Shown piece after piece: positions 24,819-32,000 of a stretch of DNA of 32,000 nucleotides; the first letter of the stretch is position 1; each line of letters begins with the position of its first letter. Under the pieces are notes generated by a model, which searched no databases, was not told the origin of the DNA, and saw nothing but the letters and a program-made list of their open reading frames with translations. Source of the stretch: Chlamydiota bacterium. Lineage in GTDB: Bacteria; Auribacterota; JACPWU01. Made by a program: the position numbers and the translations under genes. Location of the stretch: contig JACPWU010000012.1 of the NCBI GenBank assembly GCA_016196885.1, positions 1 through 32,000 of the forward strand, in the 5' to 3' direction.

Positions 24819-24832
24819 AGGGGCGAGATGAT

Positions 24833-25594
24833 ATGGAAAACGGCTATTTAATTCAAATTGAAGGATTGACCAAGAGTTTCAGGGACACCCCTGTTTTGAC
24901 CGGATTGAATTTGGATATTCATCGCGGTGAAACGCTGGTGATTATTGGTCAAAGCGGTGAGGGAAAGAGTGTTCTTCTCAAGCATATCATCGGTCTTTTG
25001 AAACCAGATTCGGGGCGTATTTTGATTGACGGGAGGGACATTGTTCCCATGTCCGAGAGGGATTTAAATGATGTTCGCAAGCGCTTTGGCTTTCTTTTTC
25101 AAGGGGCCGCTCTTTTTGATTCGCTAACGGTGGGAGAAAATGTGTCCTTCGGTTTGACGGAGCACACACGATTTCACCCTGATGAGATTCGGGAAAAGAT
25201 CAAGGAACTTCTCTCGTGGGTGGGATTGGGAGGCGTTGAAGATATGAAGCCTGCGGAATTATCCGGTGGAATGAGGAAGCGGGTGGGATTGGCCCGTGCC
25301 ATTGCGATGGATCCCGAAATCATTCTTTATGATGAACCCACGACGGGGATTGATCCCATCATGGGAGATGCGATCAACGATTTGATTTTGAAGCTTAGCG
25401 CTCAACTTCATTCTACTTCTATCGCTGTGACGCATGACATGGCGAGCGCGTTTAAGATTGCTGATCGTATTGCAATGTTATATGATGGGAAAATCATAGA
25501 GGTTGGAACTCCAGAAAACATCAGAACTTCCCAAAATGAGTTTGTGCAGCAATTTATTACAGGCAGGGCGAAGGGGCCGATTACGAAAAATTGA
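24833..25594 (+). CDS. mlaF: MlaF-family ABC transporter ATP-binding protein
   Basis: Walker A GQSGEGKS, signature LSGGMRKR, Walker B ILYDEPT. Positioned between mlaE and mlaD. Confidence 0.85.
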   Translation: MENGYLIQIEGLTKSFRDTPVLTGLNLDIHRGETLVIIGQSGEGKSVLLKHIIGLLKPDSGRILIDGRDIVPMSERDLNDVRKRFGFLFQGAALFDSLTVGENVSFGLTEHTRFHPDEIREKIKELLSWVGLGGVEDMKPAELSGGMRKRVGLARAIAMDPEIILYDEPTTGIDPIMGDAINDLILKLSAQLHSTSIAVTHDMASAFKIADRIAMLYDGKIIEVGTPENIRTSQNEFVQQFITGRAKGPITKN

Positions 25595-25632
25595 CAGACT
25601 GCTGAAAAAACTTTAAGACCAGGAAAATCAAC

Positions 25633-26601
25633 ATGGTGACAGGAAAATCTAAAATTGAAATTCGCGTAGGTCTCTTTGTTTTTCTGGGTCTCTCGTCCCT
25701 ATGTGCCATGATTATCATGTTTGGTTTTCGAAATGCAAAGCTGATTCACAACACCTATCGTTTGACCGCGGTCTTCAGCTTTACCAATGGCGTTGTGACA
25801 GGGGCCCCCGTCCGTTTTGCAGGCGTGGATGTGGGCAAGGTCAATGCAATCGAATTTGCCCATGATCAAACGAATGATGTTTATCTTCACATGGACATTC
25901 AAAAAGGGATTATCATTCGCCAGGATGCCCGGTTGATTATCAACTCGTTAGGGATTATGGGGGAAAAGTATTTAGAATTTATTCCGAAGACCAATACGGC
26001 TGAAGCGTATGTCGCCTGGGATAAGATTCGTGGAGAAGATCCTTTGGCGTTGAATGATGTGGTGACAGAGGCCCTGAAATTGGTAGGTGATTTTAGAACG
26101 GCGGTGAAAGATATTCTGGATGATCGGACCAAAGAAAACATTCGGGAGACACTTCAGAATTTGAGAAATTTAACCGACGAGGAAACGGAGCGGGCCTTGA
26201 CACAATCTCTCAAGAATATTGCCCGTCTAACGGGGCGCGAAACGCGTCATAAACTTCGCTCTTCCTTTGATGAGTTTGGCCAAACCTCTTCTTCCATCCG
26301 GACGCTTGTAGACTCTAACCGTGAGGAAATCAAACAGATTGTCACCCATTGGGCCAAAATCTCAGACGCCTTGGAAACCATTTCTCAAAGCATCAAGGAT
26401 TCAAAAGGGACATTGGGGCTTTTAATTTCAAATCCTACCATTCATGATTCGCTTCACGATACCTTGGACAATATCAATCAATGGGTGACGACGATTCGAA
26501 GGCATGGCCTCCTTTATAAGGAAAAGGATTTGGACAAGGGTCCTTCTCAAGCTGGCACCTCAGAAAATAACAAGGGGTATTTTTTTAGAAGAAGAAGTTA
26601 A
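25633..26601 (+). CDS. mlaD: MlaD/MCE-domain protein with long C-terminal helical extension
   Basis: N-terminal TM, then an MCE fold (TYRLTAVFSFTNGVVTGAPVRFAGVDVGKV). 322 aa with a helical tail. Confidence 0.8.
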   Translation: MVTGKSKIEIRVGLFVFLGLSSLCAMIIMFGFRNAKLIHNTYRLTAVFSFTNGVVTGAPVRFAGVDVGKVNAIEFAHDQTNDVYLHMDIQKGIIIRQDARLIINSLGIMGEKYLEFIPKTNTAEAYVAWDKIRGEDPLALNDVVTEALKLVGDFRTAVKDILDDRTKENIRETLQNLRNLTDEETERALTQSLKNIARLTGRETRHKLRSSFDEFGQTSSSIRTLVDSNREEIKQIVTHWAKISDALETISQSIKDSKGTLGLLISNPTIHDSLHDTLDNINQWVTTIRRHGLLYKEKDLDKGPSQAGTSENNKGYFFRRRS

Positions 26602-26606
26602 AGACA

Positions 26607-26738
26607 AGCACGAAATTCAAAGTACGAAGCACTAAACAAATTCAAAATTCAAATATCTAAATCATCAAAACGTTTAGAATTTTGAATTTGGGTTTTTGAG
26701 TTTGTTTCGAATTTCGGATTTCGTGCTTCGAATTTAGC
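26607..26738. repeat. ~130-nt imperfect palindrome built from AATTCAA / TTTCGAA-type heptamers
   Basis: Outer stem AGCACGAAAT (26607-26616) / ATTTCGTGCT (26718-26727). Inner arms AAATTCAAAATTC / GAATTTTGAATTT. Tandem TTTCGAA TTTCGGA TTTCGTG CTTCGAA at 26705-26732. Confidence 0.8.
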
Positions 26739-26748
26739 TTTTAAAACT

Positions 26749-28110
26749 ATGCCACAAATCACCACACGCTACGTTTGTCAATCCTGCGGGGCTTTCTTTC
26801 GCCAATGGCTAGGGAAATGCTCCACGTGCGAGGAGTGGGGGAGCCTTCAAGAAGAGAATGCTCCCGCAAATTTCTCTAAATTAAAAATCTCTCGCGTTCC
26901 TTCCGATTCAAAACCTGTTCGAGTCTCAGAGATTTCCATGGAAGAGATGGCTCGGACTTCTTCTGGAATTCAGGAGTTGGACCGCGTCTTGGGGGGTGGG
27001 ATTCTTCCAGGTTCATTGGTTTTGGTGGGCGGAGAGCCAGGAATTGGAAAATCTACTTTGCTTCTTCAAATGGCAGGGAGCTATTCCAGAGAGAAAGGCA
27101 AGGCCCTTTATGTATCGGCAGAGGAATCTCTGACCCAATTGAAGCACCGTGCCCAAAGAGTGGGCATCGCCTCCGAAAATCTTTTTCTCCTTGCCCAGTC
27201 AGATGTTTCCCGTGTGGAAACTTTCATTTCAGAGCTTTCTCCGAGCCTGCTTGTCATTGATTCCATCCAAATGGTTTTTCATCCAGAGTTGGAATCAGAG
27301 CCCGGGAGTTTGATTCAGGTGCGGGGCTCTGCGGCCCGATTCATGGAAATAGCCAAAAAAACTTCGATTCCCATTTTTTTGGTGGGGCATGTGACCAAGG
27401 ATGGAACCATCGCGGGACCCAGGATTTTAGAGCATTTGGTAGATACGGTCCTTTATTTCGAGGGTGAAAAATGGATGTCTTATCGCGTGCTTCGCTCGGT
27501 GAAGAATCGTTTTGGAACGGTGGACGAAGTTGGAATTTTTAAGATGGAAGAGACGGGTTTGGAGGAAGTGAAACATCCTTCCGAAATTTTTCTAGAAGAA
27601 AAGCGTTCTGGAATGAGTGGCTCCGTCATCGTTTCTTCTTTGGAGGGAACCCGACCCCTCTTTCTTGAGATTCAGGCGTTGGTGAGTAATACCAAACAGG
27701 GATTTCCGGTTCGGCGTTCGTCAGGAATTGATTTAAATCGCATGGGACTTCTTTTGGCCGTTTTGGAAAAGCGTGCCAAAATTCGTTTGGAAGGTTGTGA
27801 TGTTTTTGTCAATGTCGCAGGTGGAATGAAAATTGTGGAGCCCGCGGCTGATTTAGGAGTGGCGATGGCGATTGTTTCGGCCACTTCAAATATCCCTGTT
27901 CACGATAAAACCGTTTTCGTTGGAGAAGTGGGTCTGGGGGGAGAAATCCGCACAACAAGAGGTCTTTCGCGAAGAATTTCGGAGGCTCGGAATTTGGGCT
28001 TTCAAGTTTGCGTCATTCCTGAAACTCGAGAAAAATTAGATACCCATGGAATCGAAATTCTTGCCGTCAAAACCATTTTGGATGTGGTAGAAAGATTTTT
28101 CAAGGGATGA
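26749..28110 (+). CDS. radA: DNA repair protein RadA/Sms
   Basis: N-terminal zinc ribbon CQSCGAFFRQWLGKCSTCEEWGS, Walker A GGEPGIGKST, KNRFG motif and a Lon-like C-terminal domain. Confidence 0.95.
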   Translation: MPQITTRYVCQSCGAFFRQWLGKCSTCEEWGSLQEENAPANFSKLKISRVPSDSKPVRVSEISMEEMARTSSGIQELDRVLGGGILPGSLVLVGGEPGIGKSTLLLQMAGSYSREKGKALYVSAEESLTQLKHRAQRVGIASENLFLLAQSDVSRVETFISELSPSLLVIDSIQMVFHPELESEPGSLIQVRGSAARFMEIAKKTSIPIFLVGHVTKDGTIAGPRILEHLVDTVLYFEGEKWMSYRVLRSVKNRFGTVDEVGIFKMEETGLEEVKHPSEIFLEEKRSGMSGSVIVSSLEGTRPLFLEIQALVSNTKQGFPVRRSSGIDLNRMGLLLAVLEKRAKIRLEGCDVFVNVAGGMKIVEPAADLGVAMAIVSATSNIPVHDKTVFVGEVGLGGEIRTTRGLSRRISEARNLGFQVCVIPETREKLDTHGIEILAVKTILDVVERFFKG

Positions 28111-28802
28111 GTGTTTCTGCGATCATCGTTGCGGCCGGTCGAGGGGAAAGATTAAAGGGAGGAAATGTTCCCAAGGCTTTCTTTCCATTGTCTGGTAAAC
28201 CCCTTTTATTTTATTCACTCGATCTCTTTTGTCATCATCCTGAAGTGACTCAAGTGATTGTGGCTTTACGGCCTGAGATGATGGGAGAAGCCTGGAAAAA
28301 ACAATTTGGAAAGGAAATATTCCCAAAAAATCCAGAATTGGTTTTGGGCGCACAGAGGCGTGCAGATTCCGTTTGGGCAGCCTTTCAGAAAATTTCGCGC
28401 GGGCAAGAAATTGTTTTGATTCATGATGCCGCAAGGCCTTTTTTGGAGCTGTCGCTTGTCTCTTCGGTTATTCAAGCGGCCCGCCAGTGGGGAGCTGCAA
28501 TTCCAGGGGTTCGATTAAAGCCTACTGTGAAAGAGGTAGGTGAAGAAAACTATATTCTCAAAACTCACGACCGTTCGAAATTGTGGGAGGCCCAGACGCC
28601 TCAGGGGTTTAAGGTGGAATTGTTAAGGAAGGCATTTGAGAAGGCAGGTCCCCGTCGTCAGGAGGCGACGGATGAGGCTTTTTTGATGGAACAAATGGGA
28701 ATTCCCGTTAAGATGATCGAAGGCAATGAAAAAAATATTAAAATCACAACCCCCGCAGATTTGAAATGGGCAGAGTTTTTAATGAAGGAAGAATGTGGGT
28801 AG
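28107..28802 (+). CDS. ispD: 2-C-methyl-D-erythritol 4-phosphate cytidylyltransferase
   Basis: AIIVAAGRGERLK glycine-rich loop, VLIHDAARPF, EAQTPQGF. 4-nt overlap with the radA stop. Confidence 0.9.
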   Translation: MSVSAIIVAAGRGERLKGGNVPKAFFPLSGKPLLFYSLDLFCHHPEVTQVIVALRPEMMGEAWKKQFGKEIFPKNPELVLGAQRRADSVWAAFQKISRGQEIVLIHDAARPFLELSLVSSVIQAARQWGAAIPGVRLKPTVKEVGEENYILKTHDRSKLWEAQTPQGFKVELLRKAFEKAGPRRQEATDEAFLMEQMGIPVKMIEGNEKNIKITTPADLKWAEFLMKEECG

Positions 28803-28809
28803 ACTCTAT

Positions 28810-29328
28810 ATGAAAAAAGACTCACCCCTCACCTCTCACCCCTCACCCCGAATCGGTTTCGGCCTCGACATTCATCCCTTCAAAAAAGGTCGCGCACTGG
28901 TTTTAGGGGGTGTCAAAATTCCTCATTCCAAGGGATTGGACGGTCATTCGGATGCCGATGCCCTTATTCATGCGATTATGGACGGCCTTTTGGGGGCCGC
29001 GGCGTTGCGGGATATCGGCATGCATTTTCCTCCCCATGAAAAATATAAAAATATTTCTAGCCTTTTGTTGCTAAGAAAAGTGAAGGCCTTATTGAAGAAA
29101 AATCATTTTCAGATTGAAAACATAGACTCCACTTTGGTGATTGAAGCACCGAAGATTGCGCCCTTTATTGAAAAAATGAGAGGGAACATTTCGAAGAATT
29201 TGGAGATTTCACTCCTTCGCGTCAATGTGAAGGCGACACGGTCAGAAGGTCTTGGATTTGTAGGGCGTGGAGAAGGGGTCGCGGCTTATGCCGTTTGCCT
29301 TTTAAAAAGTTTAACATCTAACATCTAA
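28810..29328 (+). CDS. ispF: 2-C-methyl-D-erythritol 2,4-cyclodiphosphate synthase
   Basis: RIGFGLDIHPF, GHSDADALIHAIMDGLLGAAALRDIG. ATG 28810 or GTG 28795 are possible starts. The 12-17 aa before the conserved RIGFG are encoded partly by tandem heptamers. Confidence 0.9.
   Translation: MKKDSPLTSHPSPRIGFGLDIHPFKKGRALVLGGVKIPHSKGLDGHSDADALIHAIMDGLLGAAALRDIGMHFPPHEKYKNISSLLLLRKVKALLKKNHFQIENIDSTLVIEAPKIAPFIEKMRGNISKNLEISLLRVNVKATRSEGLGFVGRGEGVAAYAVCLLKSLTSNI
28821..28848 (+). repeat. Four tandem heptamers CTCACCC CTCACCT CTCACCC CTCACCC inside the 5' end of ispF
   Basis: Direct reading. The 7-nt unit is not a multiple of 3. Confidence 0.9.
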
Positions 29329-29335
29329 CAACCGG

Positions 29336-29569
29336 TTACGCCGCTTTCTTGATAATTTTGATCTCTGAACTCTTCAACAATTCTTCCAGTTCCTTTAGAA
29401 TAGGATCAATCAACTTCGTGTCTCGAACTTCAATCCTTGTCAGGTTCAAGTTCTCATCGTAGTGATAAAAAAGATCCTTCTGTATCTCGACAGAGAAAAT
29501 GGCCACCTTGTCATAAAGTTCAATCACCAGGCTTCGTACATCCTTTTCTTCGTATAGACGGATAATCAT
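29336..29569 (-). CDS. Small hypothetical protein (77 aa), possibly DUF2283-like
   Basis: GAGGA lies 6 nt upstream of the ATG at 29569. The pattern LYDKVAIFSVEI...YDENLNLTRIEVRD loosely recalls DUF2283 proteins. Low certainty. Confidence 0.45.
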   Translation of the reverse strand: MIIRLYEEKDVRSLVIELYDKVAIFSVEIQKDLFYHYDENLNLTRIEVRDTKLIDPILKELEELLKSSEIKIIKKAA

Positions 29570-29759
29570 ATGCATTCCTCATTTCCCAGTATAACATACT
29601 TCTAAGGAATGGCATCGCTGCCACGACCTGCCTTTCTCCTTAAGTGTGCTTCCCAACAGGCTTAGGAAAGAAAGGTTTTTCCCTTAAAAGCTTTCACATA
29701 ATATAGACACCGATACTGCCAAAATGGTTAAAAAGAAGGTGAAGAAAGATGTTTCTATC

Positions 29760-29950
29760 TGGGGCAGAAGAGGAAAGGATAACTGTCGAGAGGCACATGT
29801 TTGAACATTATTGAAAAACAAACGAGATCATCATGTGCGATGAAAGTTCTCCACATCATGCTTTTTTTGTAGTCGCCCGATTCATCGGGCAGCCCCATAA
29901 ATGGGGCGACTACACAAGCTTGGACGAGAGAAAGAAATCCAACATCCATC
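29760..29950 (-). repeat. Third, partial and inverted copy of the mosaic REP element
   Basis: REPIN at 29869-29913. 29914-29950 is the reverse complement of module 6119-6151. ~29800-29868 is the reverse complement of module 14954-~15010. Confidence 0.8.
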
Positions 29951-30167
29951 ATCCATGATCCATGCGGGGTTTTTTCACAACCACATAAAGTGATCCAAGC
30001 GTCATTGTTTCAAATGGGATTCTTTTACCTTCAAGCTCGCGAATCATTTTTTGATAATCGGTGGAGTTCCCATAGCCTAGGATAAGACAACCACATTCGT
30101 CACATCGAGCGACATCTCTCTTTTTATGGATATGGGCTTTGGCTTCTTTTTCGCAACAGGGTTTCAT
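29949..30167 (-). CDS. Small Cys-rich hypothetical protein (72 aa)
   Basis: Open frame with MKPCCEKE...RCDECGC. No family recognised. Its last codons and stop lie in the repeat module. Confidence 0.4.
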   Translation of the reverse strand: MKPCCEKEAKAHIHKKRDVARCDECGCLILGYGNSTDYQKMIRELEGKRIPFETMTLGSLYVVVKKPRMDHG

Positions 30168-30216
30168 AAAGGGCAGTGTTTGAGTGGATCGTGTTTAGTG
30201 CATGGTGCATTGTGGA

Positions 30217-31242
30217 TTAACTTTTTTGAAGAACTTCAGCTTTTTCAATGCCAAAATTATTCTGATAAAGCTTGGCGATTTTCTTTAATTCTTCAGACGT
30301 GAGGGCTGGCGTTTCACATGCCTTTGTAAATTCTTCCAATTGCTCGAAGCTGTAAATATTGGGAAAAACAGAGCTGACAGAGGGTTCGCTCAAGATAAAT
30401 TGAATGGCCATTTGGCCTAGGGTGCGTTTTCCCTTCCGAGTCAGGAATCCCAGTTGCTCCACTTTTCTCAGGCCATCTTCCAGCCATTGTTTCTTGCGTT
30501 CGTCATTGGAAATCCGATGAAATCGGTGATCATTCTCAGAAAAGGAAGTTTCCTTTGTGTAATGACCTTCCAGAAGGCCAGAGGAATGAGGGACGCGCAC
30601 CAAGACGCTGGTCTTTTTCTCGCGTGCAGTCGGAAAGACTCCCAAGCCTAGCATTTGTTCCAACAAATTATAAATGATTTGTACGCTGTTGACGCTTCTT
30701 TCTTTGATGGAATAAATGCTTTCTTCAATTTGACGTTCTGCGATCGCGGGACCGAGGGCCACCCCAAAGGATTTGATTTTCCCTTCTTTCTTGAGGTCTT
30801 CGAGGGTTACAAAAAGATCATCTTTTCGAAGCGTTTCTATTCTGGGATTATGGAGCTGATAAAGGTCAATGACATCTGTTTCGAGCCTCTTCAGGCTTTC
30901 TTCACAGGCGTACCGAATATAGGAAGGCTCCCATTTCTGAACGAGTTCCTCATGGCCTCGGCGGTTAGGGGCCGGAGTGTAAATGTCGTAGCCAAATTTT
31001 GTAGCGATGACGAGCTTGTCTCTTTTCTCTTTTAGCGCTTTTGCAAAAATAGTCTCGCCATAACCATTTCCGTAAGTGTCCGCCGTATCAAAAAAGTTGA
31101 TTCCCAAGTCGAAAGCTTTTTGCAGAAGTTTAATCCCGAAGGCTTCATCTTTGACCCCCCACCACGTGGTGCCAACAGTCCAAACGCCGAAGCCAACTTC
31201 TGAAACTTTAAGATTTGTATGTGCCAGGGATCCATATTTCAT
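30217..31242 (-). CDS. Aldo/keto reductase family oxidoreductase
   Basis: [48 protein letters not shown] 31242 fits the family N-terminus better than the ORF-track start 31308. Confidence 0.85.
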   Translation of the reverse strand: MKYGSLAHTNLKVSEVGFGVWTVGTTWWGVKDEAFGIKLLQKAFDLGINFFDTADTYGNGYGETIFAKALKEKRDKLVIATKFGYDIYTPAPNRRGHEELVQKWEPSYIRYACEESLKRLETDVIDLYQLHNPRIETLRKDDLFVTLEDLKKEGKIKSFGVALGPAIAERQIEESIYSIKERSVNSVQIIYNLLEQMLGLGVFPTAREKKTSVLVRVPHSSGLLEGHYTKETSFSENDHRFHRISNDERKKQWLEDGLRKVEQLGFLTRKGKRTLGQMAIQFILSEPSVSSVFPNIYSFEQLEEFTKACETPALTSEELKKIAKLYQNNFGIEKAEVLQKS

Positions 31243-31338
31243 GAGCTCGAGCTTAGAATTTCTTAAAAAGGGTGTCAAGGAATATGATCTGATGATTTCT
31301 CTAGGCAAAATGCCTTTAATTATTTATGATCTGGCCCT

Positions 31339-32000
31339 ATGGAAAATGCTGACATTCGTGTCCGGTTTGCCCCGAGTCCCACAGGGGAGCTGCATTTGGG
31401 GAATGCCCGCACGGCCATTTTTAATTGGCTCTTTGCGCGGAAAGTGGGCGGGAAATTTATTTTGCGTATTGAGGATACGGATCAAGAGAGGTCGAGACTT
31501 GAATATCAGAAAATGATTTTGGAGGATTTGAGGTGGTTGGGCCTGGATTGGGATGAAGGGCCTGAAAAAGAAGGCACGTTCGGCCCTTACCTTCAATCTG
31601 AAAGACTCGAGATTTACCGAGATTATGCAAGGCGCTTAGAAGAAAATGGACTGACCTATTTATGTTATTGTAGCTCGGAGGAACTGGAATCGCGTAGGAT
31701 TGAGGCTCAGGCAAAGGGGGTGGCGCCTCGTTATGACAATCGCTGCCGGCTCTTGACTGAAGAAGATAAGAGGCGTCATGTCCAAGCAGGCCACAAGGCC
31801 GTTATCCGTTTTAAGGTGGAGCCAGAGCGGGTCAAGATTCAGGATTGGGTCCGGGGCGAGGTGGAATTTGATACTGCCCTTTTTGGTGATTTTGTCATTT
31901 TCAAGTCCGATGGCTATCCCACTTTTCATTTTGCTGTGGCGGTGGATGATGGGCTGATGAAGGTGAGTCATGTGATTCGGGGGGAGGATCATTTGTCGAA
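31339..32000 (+). CDS. gltX: Glutamate--tRNA ligase, 5' partial (runs off the window)
   Basis: Not in the ORF track because there is no stop in the window. My translation from ATG 31339 reads MENADIRVRFAPSPTGELHLGNARTAIFNWLFARKVGGKFILRIEDTDQERS...GYPTFHFAVAVDDGLMKVSHVIRGEDHLS, which includes the HIGH-type motif. Confidence 0.9.
   Translation, partial: MENADIRVRFAPSPTGELHLGNARTAIFNWLFARKVGGKFILRIEDTDQERSRLEYQKMILEDLRWLGLDWDEGPEKEGTFGPYLQSERLEIYRDYARRLEENGLTYLCYCSSEELESRRIEAQAKGVAPRYDNRCRLLTEEDKRRHVQAGHKAVIRFKVEPERVKIQDWVRGEVEFDTALFGDFVIFKSDGYPTFHFAVAVDDGLMKVSHVIRGEDHLS

Overview
The window looks like a chromosomal segment of a diderm bacterium at roughly mid-40s % GC by eye. An H-X9-DG prepilin-type protein suggests a PVC-superphylum or Omnitrophota-like lineage, but that is inference only. 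Most of it is tightly packed housekeeping genes. They cover rRNA modification (rlmN, RumA-type methyltransferase), lysS, a partial gltX, and outer-membrane biogenesis and lipid trafficking (BamD-like, LptE-like, TolC-like, LolC/LolD, MlaE/F/D). They also include mcsA-mcsB-clpC, ilvE, radA, ispD/ispF, etfA, a Zn-dehydrogenase and an aldo/keto reductase. Accessory content is an IS110-family element at the left edge, a BrnT/BrnA toxin-antitoxin pair, and an 812-aa pilin-like protein carrying very long low-complexity tracts. The intergenic DNA is the most unusual part. (1) A GTAG-headed REP/REPIN family occurs at five loci. These include two almost identical 137-bp mosaic modules and one copy nested inside a 130-bp element with perfect 21-bp terminal inverted repeats and a 10-bp target-site duplication. 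(2) Nearly every other spacer is built from tandem 7-nt (sometimes 8-nt) words arranged as inverted arms. Some of these words supply stop codons or N-terminal codons to adjacent genes. (3) The IS has a ~350-nt ORF-free 3' arm that could encode a bridge/seek-type guide RNA. I saw no rRNA, tRNA or CRISPR array. All family assignments rest on motifs read by eye, since no searches could be run.
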